From assembly GCA_031362565.1 (NCBI GenBank), contig JANLSU010000039.1, positions 96,001-160,000 on the forward strand: a stretch of 64,000 nt of DNA. Reading direction: 5' to 3'. The notes under the pieces are model-generated. The model was not told where the DNA came from, did no database searches, and worked only from the letters and a program-made list of their open reading frames with translations. This stretch comes from a bacterium (GTDB lineage: Bacteria > Krumholzibacteriota > Krumholzibacteriia > G020349025). Below are positions 39,085 to 48,885 of this stretch, piece after piece; the first letter of the stretch is position 1, and the number at the start of each line of letters is the position of its first letter. A program made the translations under genes and the position numbers.

Positions 39085-42000
39085 CTACCTCAGCAGCACG
39101 ATCTTGAGATGTTCACTCCAGTCACCGGCACGCACCACTGCGAAATACACGCCCGTTGCGGCGCGACTGCCACTCGTCGTGCGACCATCCCATGTCAGTA
39201 TGTGACGGCCTGCTAGGAGGCGCCTCACCGCCATTTCTCGTATCAAACGCCCGTCCACCGAAAAAATACGCAGATTCACTTCCTGCGCCGAGGGCAAATC
39301 GAGACCGAAGGATGTGACCCCACGGGAGGGGTTCGGCATCGGGCGTCCGAGCGCTAACCGCAACGGCAACGTTTGGTCGAGCGCTTGAGTGGTCGCCACA
39401 TCGATCATGCTCACGCTCCTGGAGCCGGCGTTCACGACAAACAACTTGCCTGAGCGTCGATCGAACGCCATGCCGATTGGATTTTCACCGACTGCGATGC
39501 TCGACAGTGGCGTAAACCCTATGAGCGTCCGAGGGCGCCAGCTGGCTCCGCCACCGTTGGCCAGAATGCTCACAATCGAGAACACCTGTACGGTCCCATC
39601 CGAGTTTGTGACGTAGACCTCACCGCCATCAGGGGACACAACGATGATCTGCGATGAGCCCCCGGTGCGGATTGGGGCGGTTGCGACACTGGAATTCGAG
39701 AGATCGATGAGGTACAGCTGACCGTCCGATGCCAGGACAACTGCATATCCACCGTCAGGTGTTACGACGATGATCTGCGATGATCCGCCCGTTCTGATCG
39801 GCGCTGTCGCGGGGTCGTTCGGATTGTCTGCGTCCATGACCAGAATCCCGGTCGACGTACCGACGAGCAAGCGCGCGCCATCGGGTGTGATCGCAACCGT
39901 CTGCGTCCTGGATCCAACGTTCACTATCGCGATCGGTCGCAGATAGTTTGCGCTCGCGGAATCCGTGTCGACGATCGACACCGTGCCATCCATGTAGTTC
40001 GCGACGTACACGCGGCGACCGTTCGGATTGACCGCGATCCCGGTCGGGTTGGCTCCCACCGCAAACCGGTTGACCACACGCTGAAAGTCTACGCTCGTCG
40101 GCGTCGCATCGATGACCGTGACCTCGTTCGACCGGAAATTGGTGACGTACACCCAACGGCCGTCCGGCGAAGCAGCGACTCCAAACGGGTATACGCCGAC
40201 GGGAATCGCGGCTTCGGCAACCTGGTCCAGAATCCGCATCGGCACGACGGTGCCGGAGCCAGGGCAGGTCATGTACGCGCGCGTCCCGTCCGGGACGATC
40301 GCGATGTGATGGCCGCTGGATGGGGCGGTGATGGTTCCGATCACATCGTTGACCGGTGTTCCTCCCGCCGGCAGCACGACGAAACTCCTGGCGGCTGTCG
40401 AGTCGGTGCCGGCGACGACGCGCACGGGGCTCGTAGTCGCCTCAGACGGCACGTAGGCGCGTAGCGCAAAGCCATCGCCGCTCACCGGTGTGATCGTGGT
40501 CGTGCCGAACCGCACGCGAGCTTGTGTGTAGTCACTCGGGAAGCCGGTGCCCGAAATGACGATGGGGGAGCCGACCGGCGCCGCTGGCGGCTCGATCGCC
40601 AAGAGTCGGAGTGGCGACACGGTGGCACTCGTGGTGAAAGTGCGGGTCCCGGGGTTCGATACCGCGGCTCCAGAGTGATCCAAGATCCCACCCTGGACGT
40701 CGACGGTGTAAACCGTCGCGAGAGCAAGCGGCGCTAGCGGCCGCACGACGGCCCGGCGGTTGTTGTTCACGAGCGAGTACAACGCAGGAACGGTCGTTCC
40801 GGCAGTGCGGAGCGTCAGCGATCCGACGTTCACGGTCGACGGTCGTACCGATTTCGAGAAATCGACGACGACCGCGGTCTGTATTCCAGGACTATCGGCG
40901 GTTCCCGGGTGGACGGCGATGAGCTGCGGCGCGCCGATCGTGTCCAAGATCGCGGTGACGCTGAAGTTGACACCGGCTGCGCCTACGAGCGCGGAAACCG
41001 TCGTAGTTGCGGACACCAGGTACTGCGGTGCGCGTACGAAGCCGTTCGCGTCGGCGACCCCGAATCCGACCCCCGGCGGTCCGAGGACACCCCAGGGAAG
41101 AAGTTGGCGGAAGGAGCCATTGAACTTGACGAGCGTCCCATCCACGGGGTTGCCCGGAGTGCCACCGCTCACGCGCACTGCAAACGCATCCGACACCAAC
41201 GTATTCCGAAGTGCGACAAGCGAAGGCGAGGACGCGATCGCCACCCCGGCCGGGGCTGTCAGATAAGCCATCTTCAAGGCGTTGTAGTACAGCCGGGCAT
41301 CATCGGCCGACACAACGAGGTTCAGAGGCGACGTGCTGATTGCTCGAGATGCCGCCAGCCCCAAGAAGCTCCCGGTGCTATTCACAGCCGCCCAAAGGGT
41401 GTTCGCTGTCGCCATGTATACGACAGTGCCGGAGCCGTTCATCGCCATGACAGGGGTGCTGGTCGTGCTCGACGACACCGGTAGTCCTTGCAGCACCACG
41501 TTGAATGTCGGGCTCGCCGGATTCGTATCGATCACGTTGAGTGTGTGCGTCGTGCTTCCGAAGACGTCGACATTGACGATGATCCGTGAACCGTCCGGGT
41601 CGGCGACGATTGGGCCAGTCGTGGAAGACGTCTGTGGGGATGTGGTGATAAACGCCGTCGTCGCGCCAAACGCCGGTCTGGTTGGGTCGGCATTCACCGC
41701 TCGCACGCCGACCGTCCCCCCTCCCAAATTGTCAGAAATGTAGAGAGTCGCACCATCCGGGTGCATCGCGAAGCCACCAACCCGCGTCAGCCCGGGGAGG
41801 GTGAAGGCGCCTGTGTCCGTCGTCGTGTCGACCAGCCAAATCTGTGGTGGGCTCGTGGCGACCCGCACAAACAAGTATTTCCCGTTCGGCGACAACACCA
41901 ATCCAGAAGGTTGAATGAATGTTTCGTCGACGCCTGATGCGATGATGTTCCGCGTATAGTGGAATAAGAACGGCAATGCCGGATCGAACGAGTAAACGCG

Positions 42001-45000
42001 GATCCGTGACGCTACCGGGTCCGCCGCGAACAGTTGTGTGCCATCGCGACTCATCGCCATGGCACCGTCCGACGATAGTAGAGTTTGACTCGCCGTCAAG
42101 GTGACGACGGAAGAGTGCAAAGCCGAGTTGGGGTCGGAGACGATCACGGTAAGCGTTCCAATGGGGTCTCTGGCGAACAACCACTTGCCGTCGGGCGACA
42201 TCAACAGGCGTCCGCCACCGGACTGGGTAAACGTCCCGATCGCGATGTCCGGGAGAAAGGCCCCCGAATTCGTCCGATTGACGACGCGATAGGGCGCCGC
42301 GTTCGACTGTCGCGCGGCCACGGTGACCTGAACCGTACCGGTCGTGGCGGCTGCGTCCTGCACCGCGACGAGACGAGTTCCGGTGGTGTTCGTGGAAAGA
42401 GGAACCACTGCAACTCCGCCAATGACGACGGAATTGCTTGCGAGGCTCGGACTGAAGCCAGACCCCGTGATGGTCACATGCGTGCCTGGGCCTCCGGCGC
42501 TTGGGGAGATCGTCTTCACGATCGGACCCGTTTGCGTGTCGTAAACCTCGAGGTGGCTATTGGCGAGCAAGTAGATGTACCGGCCAGAAGCACCCGTCGC
42601 AATGGCTACCGGGTCGCGCCCGGTGGGAAACAGGGTCATCGGCTGCAGATTGTTCTGCTGAATGTCGAGAACCTGAACCTGGTTCTGGATGAAGTCGGCG
42701 CAATATGCGATTTCGCCCTCGGGCGAGATCGCCATGGACTTGAAGCCGCCGCCGAGTGCGATTTCCTTGACGATCGTGGCGTTGTTGTCGCCAATCCGCA
42801 CGACACCGAGTTCGTCCACGGTGAAGAACCGCCCGCCCGCCGGGGGTACCGCGATCTCTCGTGGCGCAGTGCTGCCAAAACCGATGTGTAGAACCGTCTC
42901 GCCCGGCTGCAGCCCGAGAATCAGCATGCGCCCGTCAGTGGCTGCTGCGTAAGCCGTGCGGCCGTCTCCGGCGACCGCAATGCTGCCCTCGAAGGTCACA
43001 TCCGGACTGGTCCACTCCCGAACCTCTTGGCCGGCGTTCACGCCCAACGTCGAAATCTGAACAACGCGATCCGCATCGACCACGAGAGCATCGCCGCCAG
43101 GAAGAGCTGCGACGCCCAGCGGCATGTCGGCGAGACTTGCGGCTGCCGACACCTGATGGGTGCGATTCACGAGATCGGTTTCGAGAAGCCGGAAACGCGG
43201 CTGCACGGGGCCGATCGCAATGACATGACGCCCATCGCCAAGTGCCGCGACCGCTGTCACGCCGCCGGTGATCAGCATCGGCGTCGCTTGCAGGAACAGG
43301 CCGCTCACCGGACTCGCATCGACTGCAGTCACGCCCTGGCTCGTGGCAATGTAGGCCCATGCGCCACCGGCGGACAGGGTCAGCGAGCGGACCGTTCCGA
43401 TCAGCAGGCTTCCCAACGAACTCATGGTGGGTGGCTGCCGGGATGCGACGACCGTGATCGGGAGTGCATTGCTCGTCTGGCCACTCGTCACCGTCACGTT
43501 GCCGGAAACAGCTCCGGTTGGAATCTTCACATAGAGTTTCACCGGCGTTGCGCCGGTTGGAATAGCGGTTACGTTGCCGGCGAAGTGGACCGTATTCGCC
43601 GCAGCGATCGGATTGAAGCCCGTCCCCTGAATGACCAGGATTCCACTGACCGGAATCTCGACGGGCGACACGGAGGTCAAGGTCAGTGCCGGTTGTGCCT
43701 CGGTCGTGAATGTCGCGGACGCGGCACTGGGCATCGCGTTGCCGAAGCGGTCGCGAATTCCTGGACCCATGCTGAACGTGTACGACGTCGAGTATTGGAG
43801 CGCACTGGTTGGCGTGAATGCGATCAAGCTATCACGTTGCAGGAGTCCGGCAGCACCCGCCACGCCTTGAGTGCCGTTCGCGCGAAGCTGCACGGTCGTT
43901 CCAGAGATGCTCGATAGATCGATGCGGTCGTTGAACTTCGCTGCCAGAATCGTCGTGACGGGCACGTTCGTCGCGCCGTTCGCAGGCGTGAACGCGGTGA
44001 CAACCGGCGCCGCAAGGTCGGCATTGATGATGACGTCGGCATTGACGAGCGTCGGCCCTGGGGCCACGACTACGACGCCCGTCCCGGTGTCGGCGTTCGT
44101 TTCCGCCGGGCCGTCCCAGTACTCCGGCACAAAATCCGCTTGCGCGATGCCGGCGAACTCCCGCCCAACGCTCCCGGGCGCGAGCCCGCCAATCTCTGGC
44201 CCGCCGTCGATCGGCTGTACGTAGATCTTGAAGTTCTCGGTTGCGCCCCAGAAGGAATAGCCGCCATCGAGACCTGTGACGGTCATTTGCAGCGTATCGC
44301 CGGTGGCAGTGCCGATTGCGATCACCGCAGCGCCGGGAATCGCTGTCACCCCGTCGCTTCGCTGGATGCGGCCCGAGGCGTTCACGGCCGGACTTCCGTA
44401 GGTACGGGCGACGAGCGCCTTGTCATCGCGCGACAGGGTGCGGAAGCTCGTGTCATGAGGCACGGCGTAATACATCGTGGAGGATTTCACCGATGAGTGT
44501 GCCAGGCCAAGGAGGTGTCCGGCCTCGTGCGTCGCCACGCTCTGCAGGTCGAACATGTTCGAGGCCGGCTGTCCGAGTCCGTGATAGCTCGGCGTCGTAA
44601 ATGTATAGGTTGCTGAATTGAACAGAATATCCGCATCGACGATCTCGCCGGGGCGGTACCAGGTACCATCGATGACGGTGTCACCGCCGGCGATGCTCGT
44701 GACGACTGCGATTGCCAAGAACCCCGGTTTGTAGCCGTTGGGGTCGAGAAACGTCATGGTGTTGCGGCCGTCGCCGGCGACGGCGATTGCCGGCGTGTCG
44801 GCCGGCGTGTCACGAATGGCAGTGAAGCCCGCAGCCGTGTTCCACGTCGAAACTGCGCTTGTCAGGGCCTGTATGTCACTGCCGTCAGTGATTGCCGCGT
44901 CGGCTGTCGGGTGAATTTCGAAGTGGAATGGGAGGCGATCGGCGCTCCAGAAACGCATGTTGCGGAACGAGGCGGCCGGGTCCGCGCAACCATCCAAATC

Positions 45001-46851
45001 GCGGTCGGTCTTGCCGAGCGGCGGTGGCCCGCCTGCCGGACAGGCATCGGCGGCATCGAGCGCGACGTCACCATCGGTGTCGACACGGAATGGCAGAGAC
45101 GTTGCGACGTACGCGTTGTTCTCGCCCGATCGCGACGAAACGAAGGCGAGCCCGTTCCCATCTCTGGTCCACACCGGGTTGAAGTCACTGCCGGGGTCCG
45201 CCGTGATGCGGTACTCGCCGTACTGGGTCTCGCGCGAGCCGCGGACATAGATATCGGCATTGCCGCTGCGGGTGTCGGAGTAAGCGATCCAGCGGCCGTC
45301 CGGTGACCAGGATTGCCCCCACTGCGGATTGGTCAGAGTTGCAACCGTGCGCACGCCGGCGGCCTCGCGCAACGCCGCCGAAACGACGAGGACTTGATTG
45401 GCACGCCGGAATGCGATGCGCTTGCCGTCCGGGGACCATGCGGGTTCGCCAGCGCCCAGCCCTGAGAGTGTGAGCTGCGCCAAATTCTGGCCGGAAAGAT
45501 CGACAGTGAAGATCGCGTTCGTATCCGTGTCATCCAGGAGTTCAAATGCAATGCGGTCCGCAAGTGGCGACCAGGCGGGTGTGGCGCCAGCGAATGCGGG
45601 GCCAACACTGACGCCGGTTGCGCGCAGGACCGGCTCGATTTGGGAATCGCCGGTCTTGCCGTCGATACCCAGCCGGTCGGCTCCAGGCGACCACGTCGGG
45701 GATTTGATGAAGGTCCCCTGCACCACTCGGTGCGTCACGCCGGTATCAAAGGAGTTTGTAGACGTCACATAGAGGCCACCGGTGCGGCTGAACGCCAGTG
45801 AATCGAACGGCGCGAGCGGGCCCGTGGTCGCGATTCGAATATCGGTCGGGTGGCTCGTGACCCGGCGGAGCGTGACAGCTTCGTCGTACAGAACCACGGC
45901 CCGGTCGAGCGTCGCGGAACCTGCATCCGTGCTGAGCTGCAAGTCCCATGGGCCAGTCGGCAAGGCATCGACGGGGAAGACAGCCGTCACGCGGCCCGGC
46001 GACACCGGCGTCACGAGTGTCGCATAGACGGTCGGTTGCGCGACGTGCGTCAACCGGGCGATGAGAGTCATCGGATTCAGATTCGAGTTGGCGCCGACGA
46101 TATCCAGGGTCAAAGTACCGCTGTTGCGCGCCGCGGGGTTGGTGACATAAGCGACCGTTGGAACGTTGATGCCACACTTGACGAATGCGGACGCGTTCGC
46201 ACCCGCGTCGGACCTCTGCATCGTGACCCGAACTCCATCACAGCGCGTGAAATTGGCGAAGGGCGTCAGCGGATCGGCCGGAGTGCTGTGCCCACGGACC
46301 GCAATGTCGACCACGGGAGGGGGAAATGGGAGGCCTGGAAGCTGCGTCGCATCGATCACGAGCCTGCCAAGAACAATGCGTTGTCCGGGTGTCGAACTTG
46401 GAGGACAGGTCAAGGCCACTTGGGCGCCGCCACCGGAGCCAAAGTCCAGTGGGTCACCGGACGACGAGATGAGTGCGCTCGAGGGAACCCAGGTCACCCA
46501 GAAGTCGTCATCCTGCACCGGATTCGAGGTCTCGACGAGGCGGAACTCCGCGCCGACGATGCCGCAGGCCGACGCTCCTGCCAGAGTTGCGACGACCCAC
46601 CACGTCGACGTCACGCCACCAGTGACCGGTGGGCACGGGGTTGTCGCTGCGGAGTCGCCGTAGACACCAACCCAACCTCCGACCCCAGAGTTCGGGCCTC
46701 CGCAAGGCGGCGGCATCGAGGTCACCGGCGAATTCACGGGGCGATCGGTGAGTCCCTGCGCGTCATTGTGCCCGCCGACGCTGAGCACGACGACAAGGAA
46801 TGCCATCCAGTGGAGAAGAGATCGACGCGGAGAGGAAAGCAGGTGACGCAT
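39085..46851 (-). CDS. 2588-aa secreted multidomain metalloprotease (PD40 propeller, matrixin/M10, Ig-like and IPT/TIG domains, YVTN-type propellers, FlgD-like tail)
   Basis: Signal peptide; PAWSPDG repeats; HEAGHLLGLAH plus Met-turn STMYY; TIG signatures (TITGSGF); YVTN/YVAN repeats; tail PMPNP...TWDG...GVYF. Confidence 0.88.
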   Translation of the reverse strand: MRHLLSSPRRSLLHWMAFLVVVLSVGGHNDAQGLTDRPVNSPVTSMPPPCGGPNSGVGGWVGVYGDSAATTPCPPVTGGVTSTWWVVATLAGASACGIVGAEFRLVETSNPVQDDDFWVTWVPSSALISSSGDPLDFGSGGGAQVALTCPPSSTPGQRIVLGRLVIDATQLPGLPFPPPVVDIAVRGHSTPADPLTPFANFTRCDGVRVTMQRSDAGANASAFVKCGINVPTVAYVTNPAARNSGTLTLDIVGANSNLNPMTLIARLTHVAQPTVYATLVTPVSPGRVTAVFPVDALPTGPWDLQLSTDAGSATLDRAVVLYDEAVTLRRVTSHPTDIRIATTGPLAPFDSLAFSRTGGLYVTSTNSFDTGVTHRVVQGTFIKSPTWSPGADRLGIDGKTGDSQIEPVLRATGVSVGPAFAGATPAWSPLADRIAFELLDDTDTNAIFTVDLSGQNLAQLTLSGLGAGEPAWSPDGKRIAFRRANQVLVVSAALREAAGVRTVATLTNPQWGQSWSPDGRWIAYSDTRSGNADIYVRGSRETQYGEYRITADPGSDFNPVWTRDGNGLAFVSSRSGENNAYVATSLPFRVDTDGDVALDAADACPAGGPPPLGKTDRDLDGCADPAASFRNMRFWSADRLPFHFEIHPTADAAITDGSDIQALTSAVSTWNTAAGFTAIRDTPADTPAIAVAGDGRNTMTFLDPNGYKPGFLAIAVVTSIAGGDTVIDGTWYRPGEIVDADILFNSATYTFTTPSYHGLGQPASNMFDLQSVATHEAGHLLGLAHSSVKSSTMYYAVPHDTSFRTLSRDDKALVARTYGSPAVNASGRIQRSDGVTAIPGAAVIAIGTATGDTLQMTVTGLDGGYSFWGATENFKIYVQPIDGGPEIGGLAPGSVGREFAGIAQADFVPEYWDGPAETNADTGTGVVVVAPGPTLVNADVIINADLAAPVVTAFTPANGATNVPVTTILAAKFNDRIDLSSISGTTVQLRANGTQGVAGAAGLLQRDSLIAFTPTSALQYSTSYTFSMGPGIRDRFGNAMPSAASATFTTEAQPALTLTSVSPVEIPVSGILVIQGTGFNPIAAANTVHFAGNVTAIPTGATPVKLYVKIPTGAVSGNVTVTSGQTSNALPITVVASRQPPTMSSLGSLLIGTVRSLTLSAGGAWAYIATSQGVTAVDASPVSGLFLQATPMLITGGVTAVAALGDGRHVIAIGPVQPRFRLLETDLVNRTHQVSAAASLADMPLGVAALPGGDALVVDADRVVQISTLGVNAGQEVREWTSPDVTFEGSIAVAGDGRTAYAAATDGRMLILGLQPGETVLHIGFGSTAPREIAVPPAGGRFFTVDELGVVRIGDNNATIVKEIALGGGFKSMAISPEGEIAYCADFIQNQVQVLDIQQNNLQPMTLFPTGRDPVAIATGASGRYIYLLANSHLEVYDTQTGPIVKTISPSAGGPGTHVTITGSGFSPSLASNSVVIGGVAVVPLSTNTTGTRLVAVQDAAATTGTVQVTVAARQSNAAPYRVVNRTNSGAFLPDIAIGTFTQSGGGRLLMSPDGKWLFARDPIGTLTVIVSDPNSALHSSVVTLTASQTLLSSDGAMAMSRDGTQLFAADPVASRIRVYSFDPALPFLFHYTRNIIASGVDETFIQPSGLVLSPNGKYLFVRVATSPPQIWLVDTTTDTGAFTLPGLTRVGGFAMHPDGATLYISDNLGGGTVGVRAVNADPTRPAFGATTAFITTSPQTSSTTGPIVADPDGSRIIVNVDVFGSTTHTLNVIDTNPASPTFNVVLQGLPVSSSTTSTPVMAMNGSGTVVYMATANTLWAAVNSTGSFLGLAASRAISTSPLNLVVSADDARLYYNALKMAYLTAPAGVAIASSPSLVALRNTLVSDAFAVRVSGGTPGNPVDGTLVKFNGSFRQLLPWGVLGPPGVGFGVADANGFVRAPQYLVSATTTVSALVGAAGVNFSVTAILDTIGAPQLIAVHPGTADSPGIQTAVVVDFSKSVRPSTVNVGSLTLRTAGTTVPALYSLVNNNRRAVVRPLAPLALATVYTVDVQGGILDHSGAAVSNPGTRTFTTSATVSPLRLLAIEPPAAPVGSPIVISGTGFPSDYTQARVRFGTTTITPVSGDGFALRAYVPSEATTSPVRVVAGTDSTAARSFVVLPAGGTPVNDVIGTITAPSSGHHIAIVPDGTRAYMTCPGSGTVVPMRILDQVAEAAIPVGVYPFGVAASPDGRWVYVTNFRSNEVTVIDATPTSVDFQRVVNRFAVGANPTGIAVNPNGRRVYVANYMDGTVSIVDTDSASANYLRPIAIVNVGSRTQTVAITPDGARLLVGTSTGILVMDADNPNDPATAPIRTGGSSQIIVVTPDGGYAVVLASDGQLYLIDLSNSSVATAPIRTGGSSQIIVVSPDGGEVYVTNSDGTVQVFSIVSILANGGGASWRPRTLIGFTPLSSIAVGENPIGMAFDRRSGKLFVVNAGSRSVSMIDVATTQALDQTLPLRLALGRPMPNPSRGVTSFGLDLPSAQEVNLRIFSVDGRLIREMAVRRLLAGRHILTWDGRTTSGSRAATGVYFAVVRAGDWSEHLKIVLLR

Positions 46852-46854
46852 CGC

Positions 46855-47448
46855 TTACCTCCCGCCCTTGGCTTCGACATCGCGCACCAAGGCGCGCAGA
46901 TCATCGAGCACGCCGCTCAACGCCGTCGTCTTGTCCGCCGCCGACTTTGCGGCGGCGGCGCCTGGCCGCAATGCCGTCCGCAGCTCGGCCGCCAGGTCGC
47001 CGCTCACGACGCGTTCGCCAGTGCGTCCATCGACAACGACTTCGAACCGGCCGCGTGACCAACCTTCGACAGACTTCGTGCCCTTGGAATCGTCGACGAC
47101 GAAGAGGATGGTTTCCTCACCATCTCGAAACGGCGCGACGCCGGGAACGTCGACGACGAGCTTGCCGATCCTCCCGCCGGGCATGGTCAGCAGGACTTCG
47201 GAATCGTCCGCACCCTTCAAAACATCGAGGGTCCGAACCCGAGTCTGAGTGATGATGAGTGTGTGATCGTCGTTCCAACGGCTTCGCGAACTCACTACGG
47301 TTCCGTGGATGACCTGCGTGGCGGCGGCGGCCACTTGCCGGAGATCGCGCGGTTCGAGCGAAGTGGCATGGCAGAACGTGGCGTGAAGCACGCCCACCGC
47401 GGCCGCAAAGCACCCGGCAGTGGTTCGATACGGCAAAGGGCGCAACAT
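46855..47448 (-). CDS. Secreted hypothetical protein coupled to the metalloprotease gene
   Basis: Signal-like N-terminus; AATQVIHGTV, VLKG, PGG and PFRDGEETILF; 3-nt gap to the next gene. The start is uncertain. Confidence 0.72.
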   Translation of the reverse strand: MLRPLPYRTTAGCFAAAVGVLHATFCHATSLEPRDLRQVAAAATQVIHGTVVSSRSRWNDDHTLIITQTRVRTLDVLKGADDSEVLLTMPGGRIGKLVVDVPGVAPFRDGEETILFVVDDSKGTKSVEGWSRGRFEVVVDGRTGERVVSGDLAAELRTALRPGAAAAKSAADKTTALSGVLDDLRALVRDVEAKGGR

Positions 47449-47923
47449 GCGGTCTCCCGTCGACAGGATCCGTTCCTTCACTCCCGGCCTTCCATTGTCG
47501 GGTGTCAAATCAGGGCCAAGCTCCGTGGCCTCACTGATCTCAAATGCCGGCACCGGCAAAATCGCACGATTCGCATGTCGCAGGAGTGTACTCCCCACAC
47601 TTGGGTTCGGCCAGGTGCCTCGCAGCCCAATTCACCGTGTCGATCGCACCGCGATGCCTCGCCTGGGTGCGCGGCCGCGGTGACCTGAATGGCGCCGGCA
47701 CCGTGTCACGCCGCGACCTCTAAATCATCGTCCCGGAGGTGACACCCTGGATCGCCGACATCAGGCCCACCGGACGCTGCCCTTCGCCTCGACCCCGGCG
47801 GTTCGCGGCATCCCCGCCGCCCGCTTTCCCCGCCGCACTGCTTTGCCCTGAGCGGGCGCTCCCCTGGGGGGGCGGGACCGGCCAGAGCTGGCCCCGGGTC
47901 AAGCTTCGGGTCGCCCAAGAAAT

Positions 47924-47955
47924 ACTTTGTTCGGCCATCGAACATTGTGTAGACT
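47924..47955 (+). promoter_or_regulatory. 25-bp palindromic operator overlapping a sigma-70 promoter
   Basis: ACTTTGTTCG-GCCAT-CGAACATTGT (47924-47948); -35 TTGTTC, 17 nt, -10 TAGACT. Confidence 0.7.
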
Positions 47956-48072
47956 GAGGCTACACCTGTCAGGAAGCCCTGCGACCGCCGGGATCTCGGC
48001 AGGTGCCCCCGGGGCCACACCGGCGCCACTGCGTGAACCGACGGGCCCCCACCTTCTGAAGGAGGAGCAAGA

Positions 48073-48744
48073 ATGTTGCTCGAGACTCTGCATCGACGCG
48101 CGGCAGTTGTCGGCGCGTACCTCCTGATGACCGGCACGACGCTGGCCATCTCGAACTCGGTCGCAAGCGCCAATTTGCTCGGCAATCCGGGTTTTGAAGT
48201 ACCGGCGATCCCTGCCGGGCCGCCGGAATACTTTGGAGCCGGCTCCGCATGGACGAGCTTTGGCGGCGGAATCTTTACCGTCGGCGCCGCGGTCGCACCG
48301 CCTCACACCGGCGCCCAATCGCTGAAGCTCTTCGGCGGCTGTTGCAGCGGCGCCTTTCAGCAATACCCGACACTGCCGGGCGAAACGTGGAACGGCGGCG
48401 TGTGGATGATGAACTTCCACGGTGATCCAATGGGCGGCGGTCAGGTTGCTGCCGTGAACATCGAGTGGATCAAGGCCGATGGGACTACAAATTCGAGCAT
48501 CATTCCGTTCATTAGCAACGGCACCTTCACGGCCGCTTCCCCGCGTGATGTCTGGACCCTGCAGCCCATCAGTGGAGTTGCACCCGCCGATGCGGCGTTT
48601 GCCCGCCTCGTGGTCATCACCGGCGATTTTCTGCCGGGCGGTCCCGGCGGCGCGCCGTTCTACGACGACGCCTTTCTCGACCGTGATTCGGCGGTGCCCA
48701 CCCAGGCTGCAAACTGGGGGCTGATCAAGACACTCTACCGATAA
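48073..48744 (+). CDS. Secreted carbohydrate-binding-module-like protein ending in WGLIKTLYR
   Basis: GGAGGAG RBS and signal peptide; ANLLGNPGFE, HTGAQSLKLFG, APADA and FYDDA (CBM4/9-like jelly-roll pattern). Confidence 0.78.
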   Translation: MLLETLHRRAAVVGAYLLMTGTTLAISNSVASANLLGNPGFEVPAIPAGPPEYFGAGSAWTSFGGGIFTVGAAVAPPHTGAQSLKLFGGCCSGAFQQYPTLPGETWNGGVWMMNFHGDPMGGGQVAAVNIEWIKADGTTNSSIIPFISNGTFTAASPRDVWTLQPISGVAPADAAFARLVVITGDFLPGGPGGAPFYDDAFLDRDSAVPTQAANWGLIKTLYR

Positions 48745-48757
48745 GGCACTGCTCGCG

Positions 48758-48795
48758 ACCCGGCCCCGCAGAAATGCGGGGCCGGGTTTGTTTTT
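48758..48795 (+). terminator. Intrinsic terminator
   Basis: 13-bp stem ACCCGGCCCCGCA-GAAA-TGCGGGGCCGGGT followed by TTGTTTTT. Confidence 0.9.
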
Positions 48796-48885
48796 GGGGC
48801 GATTGCCGCCGGTCGGCGTGGACTCGGGGAGCGACGCCTGAAGGTGCATCCTTGACGTATACTGGTCGCAGACTTGGAGGTTGTC

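Noticed and set aside
34640..47900. Inversion that would place GH17 under the leftward promoter near 47950
   Set aside because: I found no remnant GH17 N-terminus or flanking inverted repeats near 47700-47900.
47924..47948. Operator read as a LexA/SOS box
   Set aside because: Half-site order and spacing (GTTCG-N5-CGAAC) are inverted relative to CGAAC-N4-GTTCG, and the context is sugar catabolism.
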